Below are positions 9,670 through 19,938 of a DNA stretch of 64,000 nt, in pieces. The notes under the pieces are model-generated. The model was not told where the DNA came from and searched no databases. It worked only from the letters and a program-made list of their open reading frames with translations. Source of the DNA: an uncultured Verrucomicrobiae bacterium (GTDB lineage Bacteria > Verrucomicrobiota > Verrucomicrobiia > Chthoniobacterales > UBA10450); NCBI GenBank assembly GCA_963815455.1, contig CAWFGO010000002.1:128001-192000 (forward strand), written 5' to 3'. Within the stretch, counting starts at the first letter, position 1. Each line of letters starts with the position of its first letter. A program made the translations under genes and the position numbers.

Positions 9670-9686
9670 AGCTCCGCTCGTGCCAG
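9670..9686 (-). promoter_or_regulatory. Candidate sigma-54 (-24/-12) promoter of the hsp20 operon
   Basis: CTGGCACGAGCGGAGCT has GG-N10-GC spacing with TGGCAC, 46 nt upstream of the ATG. Confidence 0.55.
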
Positions 9687-9911
9687 CAGAAATCCGAGCG
9701 TCGTTGTTTCGTATAAGCTCCTCACGGAGTGATTGTTAGACCGTTCCAAACTACATCGCGAGATTTACAGTGTAGGTCCAATCTGTCCCGGAGATGCCAT
9801 TGCTGATCAATGGATGTGAGACAAAATCACACGCCTCTCGCGGCCAAAGGCCGTGAATCGCTTTCGCGAAACGGTTTGCCGACGTTCCCCTCGGCGGGTA
9901 AGCGTCTCCTC

Positions 9912-10955
9912 ATGCACCGAGCGAACACCGATGAGCGCTTTATGCGCGAAGCATTGCGTGAAGCAAGAAAGGGCCTGGGGCGGACAAGCCCCAATCCGGC
10001 GGTCGGCGCGGTACTGGTTTCGCGGAGCAAGATCATCGCACGAGGCCATCATCGCCGGGCAGGCGCGCCGCATGCGGAGGTTGAATGTCTCCAGCGCGTC
10101 GCCGGCGCCGTCCCAACAGGATCGACATTGTATGTGACGCTTGAACCTTGCTCCAGCGCAGGGCGGACCGGAGCTTGTATCGACCAAATCCTAAAGGCTG
10201 GAGTCGGGACGGTCGTCATCGGGACTATTGATGTGAATCCGCGTCATCAGGGGCGAGGGATTAAGCTTCTGGAGAATGCGGGCATCACGGTCCGCACAGG
10301 TGTCCTGGCCGCAAAATGCGCGACTCTTAACGAAGCGTTCAACAAATGGATCAGCACCGGCCTGCCTTTCGTCATTGCCAAATGCGGAATGAGCTTGGAC
10401 GGGCGTTTGACGCGGCCCCCTGCCGAATCCCGCTGGGTCACTGATTCAAGTGCGCGCCGTCATGCGCATGGCTTGCGCGCTTCCGTTGATGCCATTCTTG
10501 TCGGCGCGGAAACCGTTCGAATAGATAATCCACGATTGACTGCGCGTTACGTCCGCCATGCAAGGCAGCCGTGGCGGGTAATTCTTACTCGCTCCGGCAA
10601 ATTACCGAGGCGCCTGCGCCTCTTCTCCGATCGGCTGGCCGCCCGCACGGTTGTTTACAAGAGCGAATCACTCCAAGCGGTCCTCAATGATCTGGGTAAG
10701 AAAAATATTACCAGTGTGATGATTGAGGGTGGCGGTGACGTACTCGGTCAGGCGCTGGATGCGCGCCTGATCGACAAAGTTCAAATCTACATCGGCCCGA
10801 TGGTGACCGGAGGACCCGTGCTCGCGTTTCCGGGCGCCGGTGCCGGCACGCCCTCAGACGCGGCGAACCTGGATCGCGTTTCGTATCACCGACTCGGACA
10901 AACCATATTTGTTTCGGGTTATCCGATCGGGGCTGATACAATGTTGCGCGAATAA
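9912..10955 (+). CDS. ribD: Riboflavin biosynthesis deaminase/reductase RibD
   Basis: TSPNPAVGAV, HAEV, YVTLEPC, SLDGR, VMIEGGG. Confidence 0.96.
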   Translation: MHRANTDERFMREALREARKGLGRTSPNPAVGAVLVSRSKIIARGHHRRAGAPHAEVECLQRVAGAVPTGSTLYVTLEPCSSAGRTGACIDQILKAGVGTVVIGTIDVNPRHQGRGIKLLENAGITVRTGVLAAKCATLNEAFNKWISTGLPFVIAKCGMSLDGRLTRPPAESRWVTDSSARRHAHGLRASVDAILVGAETVRIDNPRLTARYVRHARQPWRVILTRSGKLPRRLRLFSDRLAARTVVYKSESLQAVLNDLGKKNITSVMIEGGGDVLGQALDARLIDKVQIYIGPMVTGGPVLAFPGAGAGTPSDAANLDRVSYHRLGQTIFVSGYPIGADTMLRE

Positions 10956-11007
10956 TTTGCGAAACCTGCCGTCTAAAATAGTGTTTAACACACTAGGAGG
11001 GGAACAG

Positions 11008-11286
11008 ATGAAGAAGCTTCTTTTTATCGGGCTCATTGTGGCGGGATTTGCATTTGCTTCAGCCTCGCGTTCTGAGGCGGGAGTTTCGGTTGGGATCGGC
11101 ATAGGGCTCCCATTGGCATATCCGTATCCCTACTACGGCTATTATCCTTACGGCTGCTATCGCCCGTACGCCTATTATCCGAGGCCATATTACAGAACGT
11201 TCGCTGGCCCGAGATGGTACTGGCACCGCGGGCACCGCGGACACCGTGTCTATTACAGCCGGCCCCACCACTATCGCCGACGTTAG
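11008..11286 (+). CDS. Small secreted Tyr/Pro/Arg-rich protein
   Basis: AGGAGG RBS, signal peptide MKKLLFIGLIVAGFAFASASRSEA, then GVSVGIGIG and a YPYPYYGYYP-type low-complexity tail. Confidence 0.8.
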   Translation: MKKLLFIGLIVAGFAFASASRSEAGVSVGIGIGLPLAYPYPYYGYYPYGCYRPYAYYPRPYYRTFAGPRWYWHRGHRGHRVYYSRPHHYRRR

Positions 11287-11333
11287 ACTGATCTACCGAG
11301 GACGACCGAGGAACAAAGAGCGCGGCGAGGCCG

Positions 11334-11855
11334 CTAGTTTCCCGGTTTGGGCGAGGTCGAGGGCTTGGAAGTAGCTGAGGGAGTAGGTTGTTGGGATTGA
11401 AATTCCTTCTTCAATCGCTCGATTAGGCCAGGCACTTCCTGTCGCCGCTTGGCTTCAAGCTCCTGCCGCATCAGATGCTCAATCTTGGTCCGCTCCTGTA
11501 GATAGCGCGCTTCAAACTCCGCCCGCTTCTTGGCATCCAGGTGAAGCCCGGAATCACGTATCGCCGCCTCCGCTTCCTGCTTGATCCGTTGCCGCCGCAG
11601 ATTTTCCCGTTCGCGCATGATCTTGCGCTCTTCCGTGTTCATCTGCATCCACCGTTCGGCGTTGCGGTTGAAACGTTGTCGATCCTCCGTCGACAATCCG
11701 CGCATTTGTCCTAGTCCCCGGTTGAATTCCGTACCGCGGCCAACTCCCTTGTTGCGCCCGCCGGCGCCTCCCTGAGGATTCTGCGCACACGTCGGCCCCG
11801 TCCCGAAAACAGCGAACGAAACCGCCGCGCTTAGAGCGATGAATTTTGGTCCCAC
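11334..11855 (-). CDS. Secreted helical, charged hypothetical protein (DUF3106-like)
   Basis: Signal-like N-terminus, then LSTEDRQRFNRNAERWMQMNTEERK repeats; overlaps the upstream gene. Confidence 0.65.
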   Translation of the reverse strand: MGPKFIALSAAVSFAVFGTGPTCAQNPQGGAGGRNKGVGRGTEFNRGLGQMRGLSTEDRQRFNRNAERWMQMNTEERKIMRERENLRRQRIKQEAEAAIRDSGLHLDAKKRAEFEARYLQERTKIEHLMRQELEAKRRQEVPGLIERLKKEFQSQQPTPSATSKPSTSPKPGN

Positions 11856-12307
11856 AAGCTCGTCTCGTATAAGACCAACAAGTCGTCCAGATTGGCGACT
11901 ACGTCGTAATCTTGTTCCTCAATTCCTGCCAGACCCCCGGATTCATCCGGCAACGAATCGCTTTTCTCTTCAACTGCTGTTTCGGTTACCGGCACATCGG
12001 CTTTCGCTATTGCCTCCGGCACCTTGGCGGGCTCGGCTGCCACGATTGTCTCAGCCGCCTGCGACGGAGCGCTCAGCTTCGGCGCCGAACTTCGCAAGAA
12101 AACGGCCCCCAGGATCACGGCCAGGGCCACGCCAGACGCCGGCACCAGTATTCTCAGATTCAGCCAGGTCCCTCCCCGACCAAATAGACGCAGACGCGGC
12201 TCCTGCCGAATCTGCCGGAGCACATTTCTGGAGAAAAATGCCGAAAGACGCGGCCCGGGAGTCCGGCCCAAAAGGTCCCACAGTTGTTGATCGTCGTCGC
12301 GTTTCAT
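11831..12307 (-). CDS. Single-pass membrane protein resembling an anti-sigma factor
   Basis: DDQQLWDLLG...SAFFSRNVLRQIR, one TM helix, acidic C-terminus ending VVANLDDLL. Confidence 0.65.
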   Translation of the reverse strand: MKRDDDQQLWDLLGRTPGPRLSAFFSRNVLRQIRQEPRLRLFGRGGTWLNLRILVPASGVALAVILGAVFLRSSAPKLSAPSQAAETIVAAEPAKVPEAIAKADVPVTETAVEEKSDSLPDESGGLAGIEEQDYDVVANLDDLLVLYETSLWDQNSSL

Positions 12308-12389
12308 TTTCTCCGCGGAATTGAACTACCTGGGTCGTATAAAGTTGCGCCGGGAAGCGCTCGGAAAGCTGATCGAATCGATCGGCGTT

Positions 12390-14222
12390 TTACGCATCCG
12401 GCGCTTCCAAAAAGCCTTCCAATTGTCGGATCCGCGTGGGGTGACGCATCTTACGCAAGGCTTTGGCCTCAATCTGGCGAATGCGTTCCCGCGTCACCTG
12501 GAATTGGCGCCCCACCTCTTCCAGCGTGCGGCTGTATCCGTCTACTAATCCGAACCGTTGCTCGAGCACCTGCCGTTCCCGTTCTGTCAACGTCTCAAGC
12601 ACATCCTTGATTTTCTCCTTCAACAAAACGATCGCCGTCATGTCGCTCGGATTTTCCGCGCCCTTGTCCTCGATAAAATCGCCGAAATTGGTTTCTTCGC
12701 TTTCGCCCACGGGCGATTGAAGCGATATGGGCTGCTGCGCCATTTTAAGAACCGCCCGGACGCGATCGACTGGCAACAGGATCTCTTCCGCCACCTCTTC
12801 CGGGGTCGGTTCCCGGCCATATTCCTGGACCAGCTGCTTTTGTACACGCATCAGCTTGTTGATCGTCTCGATCATGTGCACGGGAATGCGAATCGTGCGT
12901 GCCTGGTCGGCAATCGACCGGGTGATGGCTTGCCGGATCCACCAGGTGGCATAAGTGGAAAACTTATAACCGCGGCGGTACTCAAATTTTTCCACCGCTT
13001 TCATCAATCCCATGTTGCCTTCCTGGATCAGATCGAGAAACGACAGTCCCCGGTTGGTATACTTTTTGGCGATGGAGATCACGAGGCGAAGGTTGGCCTC
13101 CACCATTTCGGTCTTGGCCCGCAACGCCTGCCGCACCCAGTTCTTGAGCGTCTGATATTGTTCGGCGAATTCCTCCGTGGAAAGCCACATGCTTTTTTCC
13201 AGGTCCCGCATTTTGCCACGAAGACTCAAACACTTTTTCCGGTCCCGAGAATGCTTCGCTATTTCGCCCTGGAGATAGAGGGAGCTCTGCGACGCATCGT
13301 CCGCCAGGTGAACAAATTCCTCGGTAACCTTCTGCTTAAAATAGAATTTGGGATAACATTTTTGCAGCGTGGCGAGGGAGCGCTGGAACGATTTGATCTT
13401 CTTGCTTTCCTTCTTTGAAGAATTGCGCGCCAGCTGGCAGTACTGGTGGCTGATTGACGCGCTTAGTTCTTCCACATGCTTGCAAAGGCGGGGAAGTTTC
13501 TTCAGGTAACGCTCCCGGCTTTCGATTTTCTTGTCCAGGATTACTCGGTCGAACCGCTCCCCTCCCTGAGCGAGCTTTTCGGCCAGATCCAGATGGGCGC
13601 GAGCGGTGAATCCGAAGCGATTGATCTGCTTCTGGACCATGTTTTCGGCTTCCTCGATCCGTTTGGATATCTCGACTTCCTGCTCCCGAGTGAGCAACGG
13701 CACCTGGCCCATCTGCTTGAGATACATCCGCACCGGGTCGTCGAGGATGTCCAGTTTCACTTCTGGCTTCTCTTCCTCCTCCTCCTCCTCAACATCCTTT
13801 TTCCCGTCCTTGTAACGATCGACCTCCGACGCTTCGATGATGTCGATCTCCATCCGGCGGAGCCGGGTCAAAATCGTGTCCAGCTCGTCCGCGTCGCTCA
13901 GCCCCTCTGGCAATGCCTCGTTTAGATCATCGAAGGTGAGGTAGCCTTGCTCTTTCGCGAGCTTGATCAGGTCGCGAATACGCGTCTCAGCCTCGACCGG
14001 AGAATTCAAATCGCCTATGGCCTTGGCTCGACCGGAGACCTGGCCATTCTTGCCAGCCGATCTCGCGATACCCGTACGCCGGCCGGACTTCAGTTTGACG
14101 GCCTTCCCAGCTCGCTTCGATCCTGCCCGGAAGGGCGATCGCTGGCGGCGAAAACGTTTGGGTCGCGGTCGCTTTGCCTGCGACCGCCGGATTTCTCCCT
14201 TTCTTTTCGAGTGCCTGGCCAA
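12390..14222 (-). CDS. rpoD: Primary sigma factor RpoD
   Basis: [62 protein letters not shown]; follows dnaG; long basic N-terminal extension, so the exact start is uncertain. Confidence 0.97.
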   Translation of the reverse strand: MARHSKRKGEIRRSQAKRPRPKRFRRQRSPFRAGSKRAGKAVKLKSGRRTGIARSAGKNGQVSGRAKAIGDLNSPVEAETRIRDLIKLAKEQGYLTFDDLNEALPEGLSDADELDTILTRLRRMEIDIIEASEVDRYKDGKKDVEEEEEEEKPEVKLDILDDPVRMYLKQMGQVPLLTREQEVEISKRIEEAENMVQKQINRFGFTARAHLDLAEKLAQGGERFDRVILDKKIESRERYLKKLPRLCKHVEELSASISHQYCQLARNSSKKESKKIKSFQRSLATLQKCYPKFYFKQKVTEEFVHLADDASQSSLYLQGEIAKHSRDRKKCLSLRGKMRDLEKSMWLSTEEFAEQYQTLKNWVRQALRAKTEMVEANLRLVISIAKKYTNRGLSFLDLIQEGNMGLMKAVEKFEYRRGYKFSTYATWWIRQAITRSIADQARTIRIPVHMIETINKLMRVQKQLVQEYGREPTPEEVAEEILLPVDRVRAVLKMAQQPISLQSPVGESEETNFGDFIEDKGAENPSDMTAIVLLKEKIKDVLETLTERERQVLEQRFGLVDGYSRTLEEVGRQFQVTRERIRQIEAKALRKMRHPTRIRQLEGFLEAPDA

Positions 14223-14281
14223 GGTTACGGTTAAGTATTAATCTCCTACCGATAGATCGACAGTTCGTCCCCAAGGGGCGC

Positions 14282-16096
14282 TCAGCTGTCGGCCACACGG
14301 GCGGGCGAAAACCCGCAAAGCTCGCGGAGCTGTTCCTGCAGGTCAAGAATTTGTTTTTGCAGGTTGACCACATCACCGGTGCTGTGCTGGGGAAGCTTTA
14401 TCCGGCTCTCAGCGACCTCAAGCTGGCGCCGCAATATCGCCTGGCGAATGCCCAGCCACCATTTTTCCACCATCGTCCCGGCCTTGGGCGGCATCTTTTG
14501 CAGCAGCCACGAGGATACCAACTGCTCCTCCGCCGGAGGGAGCGTGGCCATAAAGGCGTTGAGCGAGGCCGCGTCATTCGGATTGAAATCGCCTTCCAGG
14601 ATTCGGACCAGAACGTCAGCATCCGGCACCTGTGACAGAACTTCGCGCCAATTTTGACTTCGGATAAAATCGCGAGCGGCGTCATCCCTGAGCGCCAATA
14701 GACAGAGCATCGCCACGTCGTGCCTGGGCGCGGGAGCAATCGGTCCAGTGGGAGAATCGGACGGGCGCTGCGGTTCGCGTTTTTGGCGAGGCAGGAGGCT
14801 ACGGAAATCGTCAGCCGGTACGCCGAGTCGTGCGCTGGCCTTGCTTATCACTTCCCCGCGCATGAGCGGATCATGGACCCGCGCCACGGTCTCGGCCAAT
14901 CTCCGCGCCAGTTGCATTTTGGCACCTAACGAATCAAGATCGACATCGGCCGTTTCGCGCTCGATCCAGTAATCGAAAAAGTCCCGGGCCGCGGCAATTC
15001 GCTTTTCAAACGCCTCCTTACCATCCCTCCTCACCAGTGAGTCCGGATCTTGGCCGGCGGGCATTTCCGCGACGCGCACAATCAAATCGTTCTGAAGCAG
15101 GGCATCGAGCGATCGTTCGGCCGCCTTTTGGCCCGCTGCGTCCGCGTCAAAACAAAGGACAACCTCGCTGACGAAACGTTTTAGGATTCGAGCCTGGCCC
15201 TCCGTAAAAGCCGTCCCCTGCGGCGCGACGACGTTGGTGATTCCGGCCTCGAACAAAGTGATTAGATCGAGTTGGCCCTCACAAACGATCGCGCAGTCCG
15301 CGTCGATCAATGCGCGTTTGGACTTGTCCAATCCAAAGAGCACGTTCCCCTTTCGGAACAGCGGGGTTTCCGGCGAATTGAGATATTTGGCGGTTCCTTC
15401 CTCGTCTTTGAGGAGCCGGCCACTAAAGCCAATCACTTCACCGACATCATTGCAGATCGGAAACATGATCCGTCCCCGGAACCGGTCGTAGGATTTTTGA
15501 GCTGGCGCCGTCTCATCTTCGTCCTTGGTTCTGACCAGGCCGCTCGTGAGCAAATCGCGGGCAATGTAGCCATGCTCTCGCGCCCAACTGCCGAACGCGT
15601 CCCACTCGTCCGGCGCATACCCCAGCTGCCACCGCTTGGCGATCTCCAATGTGATCCCGCGCTTTTTCAAATATTTCCGGGCCGCCTCTCCCGATTCGCG
15701 CTTGACCAAATTTTCGTGAAACCATTCCGCGGTTTCCGCGTGCAGCTTCAGCAGCGTTCGGCGCGCTTCATGTTGTCGATCTTCATCCCCTGCGCCTCGT
15801 TTTTCCACTATCGGGATTCCCACCCGGGCCGCGAGCTTCCGGACGGCAAACGGAAAATCGACATGTTCGTAATCCATCACGAACCGAAAAACGCTGCCGC
15901 CCGCGCCGCAGCCAAAGCAATGGAAGGTTTGCCGGCTCGGGCTAACCGTGAATGACGGGGTCTTTTCCTGATGGAACGGGCAGAGCGCCTTGAGATTCGT
16001 TCCGGCGCGTTTTAAGGGAAAATACGACCCGATCACCTCCACGATATCGTTGGCTGCGGCGATTTGCTCGATTGTCTCCGGAGGAATCGATCCCAT
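14282..16096 (-). CDS. dnaG: DNA primase
   Basis: CPFHQEKTPSF zinc finger, DRFRGRIMFPI, KYLNSPETP, EGQLD, FDADAAG TOPRIM motifs. Confidence 0.97.
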   Translation of the reverse strand: MGSIPPETIEQIAAANDIVEVIGSYFPLKRAGTNLKALCPFHQEKTPSFTVSPSRQTFHCFGCGAGGSVFRFVMDYEHVDFPFAVRKLAARVGIPIVEKRGAGDEDRQHEARRTLLKLHAETAEWFHENLVKRESGEAARKYLKKRGITLEIAKRWQLGYAPDEWDAFGSWAREHGYIARDLLTSGLVRTKDEDETAPAQKSYDRFRGRIMFPICNDVGEVIGFSGRLLKDEEGTAKYLNSPETPLFRKGNVLFGLDKSKRALIDADCAIVCEGQLDLITLFEAGITNVVAPQGTAFTEGQARILKRFVSEVVLCFDADAAGQKAAERSLDALLQNDLIVRVAEMPAGQDPDSLVRRDGKEAFEKRIAAARDFFDYWIERETADVDLDSLGAKMQLARRLAETVARVHDPLMRGEVISKASARLGVPADDFRSLLPRQKREPQRPSDSPTGPIAPAPRHDVAMLCLLALRDDAARDFIRSQNWREVLSQVPDADVLVRILEGDFNPNDAASLNAFMATLPPAEEQLVSSWLLQKMPPKAGTMVEKWWLGIRQAILRRQLEVAESRIKLPQHSTGDVVNLQKQILDLQEQLRELCGFSPARVADS

Positions 16097-16172
16097 ATGC
16101 GTCTTGATTTTTCGCTCGTTTGCTTTCGGAAGCGATGCCAAAATTTACCCAGCCCAAGATACTATCCAAATC

Positions 16173-17582
16173 ATGAACAGAACTCCGGTCAGTCGAGCCA
16201 TCGCGATTTGGGCGGCAATATCGCTGGCCGCCCCGGGAATCACGCTTGCGCGGGACGTCATCCACAAGGGCGACGTAGTCGTTGTGCCTTTGGGCGGTGA
16301 GGTCTCGAATTCGCTGCTTATGTTTCTGCGACGCGCCATCAAAACAGCTGAAACCGCCGGCGCGTCCGCGATTGTTTTCGAAATGAATACCTACGGCGGG
16401 CGACTGGACGCGGCTGCCGATATCGTGGACGCGCTCAACCACACAACCATTCCCACCTACACGTTTATCAACACCAACGCCGGGTCGGCTGGCGCGCTGA
16501 TCGCCATCGCAACGCCGCACATTTACATGGCGCCTGTAAGTGCCATCGGTGCCGCCGCGCCCATTCTTCCCACTGGGGAAGATCTTCCTGCTACAGCGAA
16601 GGAAAAGACAATCTCGTATTGGTCCGCGCTTATTCGCAGTTCGGCCACCAAGAACGGCCACAATCCCGAAATCGCCGAGGCCTTCATGAACAAGGACAGG
16701 GAGGTCAAAATCGGCGACCGGGTCATTCATCCCAAGGGGGCCGTGCTCGCCCTCAACGCGCAGGAAGCGACCGAGAAGATCAACGGCAAACCGGTGTTGG
16801 CCGAGGGGATTGCTGAATCCGTTGTCGATCTTGCCAAAAAAGCCGGACTTAAAGGCAACATCGCTTCGATTGAGCCGACCGGCTTCGAGCAGCTCGCCTT
16901 GTGGATTACGGCGCTCGCGCCGCTCCTACTCCTGGCCGGAATCCTCGGGGCCTATCTCGAATTCAAACTTCCAGGGGTAAGCTGGCCGGGGATTATTGCT
17001 GCGATTTGTTTTGCCCTGTTTTTTCTTGGGCATTATCTGGCCGGGCTGGCCGGTTGGGAGGTAGTCGCCCTTTTCGTGATAGGAATCGTGCTGGTGCTAA
17101 TCGAGATCTTCTTCTTCGCCCACTCGACGATCGTCTTTGGCGTCGTCGGAGTTTTCCTCATCCTGGCCTCGCTGCTCTGGACGATGATCGACCGTTACCC
17201 TGGCCAGAATTTTTTTCCGAGTGGTAAAATGCTTGCCCTTCCGCTACTCAACATGTTCATCGCGATCATTGGCTCGTTCATCGCGATTGCCCTGCTCGCC
17301 CGCTATCTGCCACGCACGAGTATCTACCGCCGATTCGCTCTCATTGAATCAAATCCTCCCGGCCCGTCCTTAACCGGCGCGCCGCGCCACTTCGATACCG
17401 CTCTGGCCCTCACGCCCGGAGTCCAGGGCATCGCGATCACAGTGCTGCGTCCAAGTGGGAAAGCTCGCCTCGCCGGCCACGTTGTCGATGTTGTTACCGA
17501 AGGCGAATTCATCGCTCCAGAAACGCCCGTAACGGTGATACAGGCCGACGGAATGCGGGTGGTGGTGAAAAGTAGCGCCTGA
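16173..17582 (+). CDS. NfeD-family membrane-bound serine protease (ClpP-like domain, TM region, OB fold)
   Basis: MNTYGG, AGSAGALIA, IGAAAPI, multiple TM helices, LRPSGKA...DVVTEGEFI. Confidence 0.9.
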   Translation: MNRTPVSRAIAIWAAISLAAPGITLARDVIHKGDVVVVPLGGEVSNSLLMFLRRAIKTAETAGASAIVFEMNTYGGRLDAAADIVDALNHTTIPTYTFINTNAGSAGALIAIATPHIYMAPVSAIGAAAPILPTGEDLPATAKEKTISYWSALIRSSATKNGHNPEIAEAFMNKDREVKIGDRVIHPKGAVLALNAQEATEKINGKPVLAEGIAESVVDLAKKAGLKGNIASIEPTGFEQLALWITALAPLLLLAGILGAYLEFKLPGVSWPGIIAAICFALFFLGHYLAGLAGWEVVALFVIGIVLVLIEIFFFAHSTIVFGVVGVFLILASLLWTMIDRYPGQNFFPSGKMLALPLLNMFIAIIGSFIAIALLARYLPRTSIYRRFALIESNPPGPSLTGAPRHFDTALALTPGVQGIAITVLRPSGKARLAGHVVDVVTEGEFIAPETPVTVIQADGMRVVVKSSA

Positions 17583-17783
17583 TCAGCCGCCGGCCACAAC
17601 GCGGATAAATTCAACCCGATCGCCTTCGGACAGCGCCCATTGCGGCCAGTCGCGCCGGCGAAGGGCAAGGCCGTTGTGCTCGACCAGGACGGATTGCGGC
17701 GCCAATTGAAAACGGTCGATCAACTCCGCAATCGTCTTGGCCTCGCGGGCATCAACGGTTTCGCCGTTTAATAAGATCGTCAT
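17583..17783 (-). CDS. thiS: Thiamine biosynthesis sulfur carrier ThiS
   Basis: 66 aa; ILLNGE, VEHNG, C-terminal VAGG. Confidence 0.93.
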   Translation of the reverse strand: MTILLNGETVDAREAKTIAELIDRFQLAPQSVLVEHNGLALRRRDWPQWALSEGDRVEFIRVVAGG

Positions 17784-18904
17784 ACGCCGCAGAGCGCCTG
17801 GTCCCAATCTTTCCACACCGGTTCGAGGCCACGTTGACGGAGGAAGGCAGCGATTTCGGCCGGCGAACGCTCGTCGCTGATCTCGAATTGACCGGTGGCA
17901 AGGTCGTCTTCGCCGTTCTGAAACTCGGGCGCCACGATGCGACCCCGCACTGTTCGATGCAGATGTTCCCGGCCCTGCCGGGTGTAGCCGCCGGGCTCGG
18001 TGTGGCTGCCGGCGCTCATCATTGTAACGCCAAGCGCTGCCAGCGAATCACGCAACGACGCGCGCTCACGCGTGCTGAGCACTATTCCAACCTGAGGAAA
18101 AGTAATGCGCAAGGCGCAGACTAGCTGCGTCAGCTCATGATCGCTCATAGTGAAGAGAGGCAGGAATCCACCTGCTGCCGGGCGCAGTCGGGGCAGGCTG
18201 ACGCTAATTTGGGCCTGCCAGCAGTGCCTAAACAGATGTTCCAGATGCGCTGCCAGGGCAACGGCCTCGTCTCGCCAGGGCGCTAATCCGATAAGCGCGC
18301 CGATGCCAAGTCTGCGAAAACCGGCAGCATAACCCCGCTCTGCGCAATCGAGCCGAAAGTTGAAATCGCGCTTTGGCCCGGCGGTGTGCATCTCCGCGTA
18401 TGTTTCTCGGTTGTAGGTTTCCTGGTAAACGACCAGACCTTCTGCGCCCGCATCGACAATCGACAAATACTTCTCGGTTTCCAACGGACCGACCTCGATC
18501 GCGACTGAGGGAAAATCGGGGGCGAGGGTGCGCACGCAATCAGCCAGATAATCGCCGCTGACGAATTTAGGGTGTTCGCCGGCGACAAGAAGAATTTGGC
18601 GAAATCCGGCCCGTGACAGGTGGCGCCCCTCGGCCACGACCTCCTCGACGCCAAGCGTGACTCGTAGAATCGGATTGTCGCGCGAGAATCCGCAATAGCG
18701 GCAGTTGTTAATGCATTCGTTGGAAAGATAGATCGGCGCAAAAAGGCGCATCGTCCGGCCAAAATTCTGCAAGGTAAGCTCGCTCGAAGCCCTTGCCATG
18801 GCTTCAAGCTCCTGATCGGACTTGGAATCAATGAGCCGTTCGAATCGCCGCACCAGCGGCGATTTCCTCAGCGCAAGATTGTCCAACGTTGCGACAAACG
18901 ACAT
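17780..18904 (-). CDS. thiH: 2-iminoacetate synthase ThiH (radical SAM)
   Basis: FAPIYLSNECINNCRYCGF (CxxxCxxC), YQETY, LSTRE, SAGSHTEPGGY, QFEISDERS. Confidence 0.93.
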   Translation of the reverse strand: MSFVATLDNLALRKSPLVRRFERLIDSKSDQELEAMARASSELTLQNFGRTMRLFAPIYLSNECINNCRYCGFSRDNPILRVTLGVEEVVAEGRHLSRAGFRQILLVAGEHPKFVSGDYLADCVRTLAPDFPSVAIEVGPLETEKYLSIVDAGAEGLVVYQETYNRETYAEMHTAGPKRDFNFRLDCAERGYAAGFRRLGIGALIGLAPWRDEAVALAAHLEHLFRHCWQAQISVSLPRLRPAAGGFLPLFTMSDHELTQLVCALRITFPQVGIVLSTRERASLRDSLAALGVTMMSAGSHTEPGGYTRQGREHLHRTVRGRIVAPEFQNGEDDLATGQFEISDERSPAEIAAFLRQRGLEPVWKDWDQALCGV

Positions 18905-18947
18905 CGCCGTAATTTCACGCTCGGCGAGCAAGTTCGCAAACCCAATC

Positions 18948-18986
18948 AAAACAAAACGCCGGAAACGCATGTGCGCTTCCGGCGTC
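18948..18986 (-). terminator. Intrinsic terminator after OMP paralog 1
   Basis: ACGCCGGAA...TTCCGGCGT stem with a T-rich tail on the minus strand. Confidence 0.65.
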
Positions 18987-19007
18987 TTTCAAATGCCGTT
19001 CTCGATG

Positions 19008-19772
19008 TTAGTACGAGAAATTCAGTCCGAATCGTGCCATTCCAAAATCCTGATCGCCGGAATCTTTGCCCCCGACGAAGTTCCAGGTGAAGTCACCCAT
19101 CACGCCAACGGCAAGTTTGCTCATCGTCGAGGGACGAATGAGGCGGACTTCCAGGCCGGTGCCCAATTGACCAATAAATCGCGCATGCTTGTTGTCGAAA
19201 ATCGTGTCTTTAATAAATTCGACCTCATCCTCTTCTTCAACCGGGCCAAAGTGAGTCTCCTTGAAAAATCTTTCTGTATGCGCGCCACCGAAGAGGAAAC
19301 CTGCACCGCCAAAGGCGTAAGGAGCGAAGCGAGTGCAACCGATTGGATAACGAACTGTGAAAGTACCGAGAAAGGCGCCGCCGGTATCCGCATTTACATC
19401 GACAACGAAACCTTCCAAGCCCGCTCCGAAATATTTGCTCCAGAAGTATTTTATGTCCGCGCCGCCAGCCCACGCGTCATCCTTGTTCAAAAAACGATCG
19501 TCGTGCGGTTCACCGAGGAAGACCGGGTTCAGGGTCTCGTCGAATTGTTCGTCTACCGCCTCGTAGTCGAAATCGATGTCGTTATGCCCGTTCTGGCCGG
19601 AGAACGCCCAGCCGGCCCAGAGGTCCAGGTTCCATTCGTGGGAGCGGTACCAATCGCACGGCGGTGGCGCGAGTTGAATTTCTTTGTCTTTGCCAGAAAA
19701 CGGTTCCGGCCCAGCGTAACACAAAGCGGTGAGCAAGGCAGTCGCGCACAGGGTTAAGGTCAATCTTTTCAT
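19008..19772 (-). CDS. Outer-membrane beta-barrel protein, paralog 1
   Basis: Signal MKRLTLTLCATALLTALCYA, AGPEPFSGK, amphipathic strands, C-terminal FGLNFSY. Confidence 0.85.
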   Translation of the reverse strand: MKRLTLTLCATALLTALCYAGPEPFSGKDKEIQLAPPPCDWYRSHEWNLDLWAGWAFSGQNGHNDIDFDYEAVDEQFDETLNPVFLGEPHDDRFLNKDDAWAGGADIKYFWSKYFGAGLEGFVVDVNADTGGAFLGTFTVRYPIGCTRFAPYAFGGAGFLFGGAHTERFFKETHFGPVEEEDEVEFIKDTIFDNKHARFIGQLGTGLEVRLIRPSTMSKLAVGVMGDFTWNFVGGKDSGDQDFGMARFGLNFSY

Positions 19773-19938
19773 AATCTGGGCTCTGGAATAGGGATTCCTG
19801 AGGGGAGCGTCAATGAAAAAAAAGAAATAATTTTTTTGCGGATTATAAAAACTAGAATGTCGCCTGGCCAGGGCAAGGCCTATTCGAATTCTTGGCCCGT
19901 TTTGGGAAAACCTCCCCGAGACAACTTGCGTCGGGCGT

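Noticed and set aside
9661..9690. Possible CIRCE/HrcA operator before hsp20
   Set aside because: It does not match TTAGCACTC-N9-GAGTGCTAA; a sigma-54 pattern fits better.
16173..17582. NfeD without an adjacent SPFH/flotillin gene
   Set aside because: The partner may be elsewhere in the genome; this cannot be judged from the window.
18905..19007. TPP riboswitch upstream of thiH
   Set aside because: No CTGAGA-type core motif; the spacer holds only a terminator-like hairpin.
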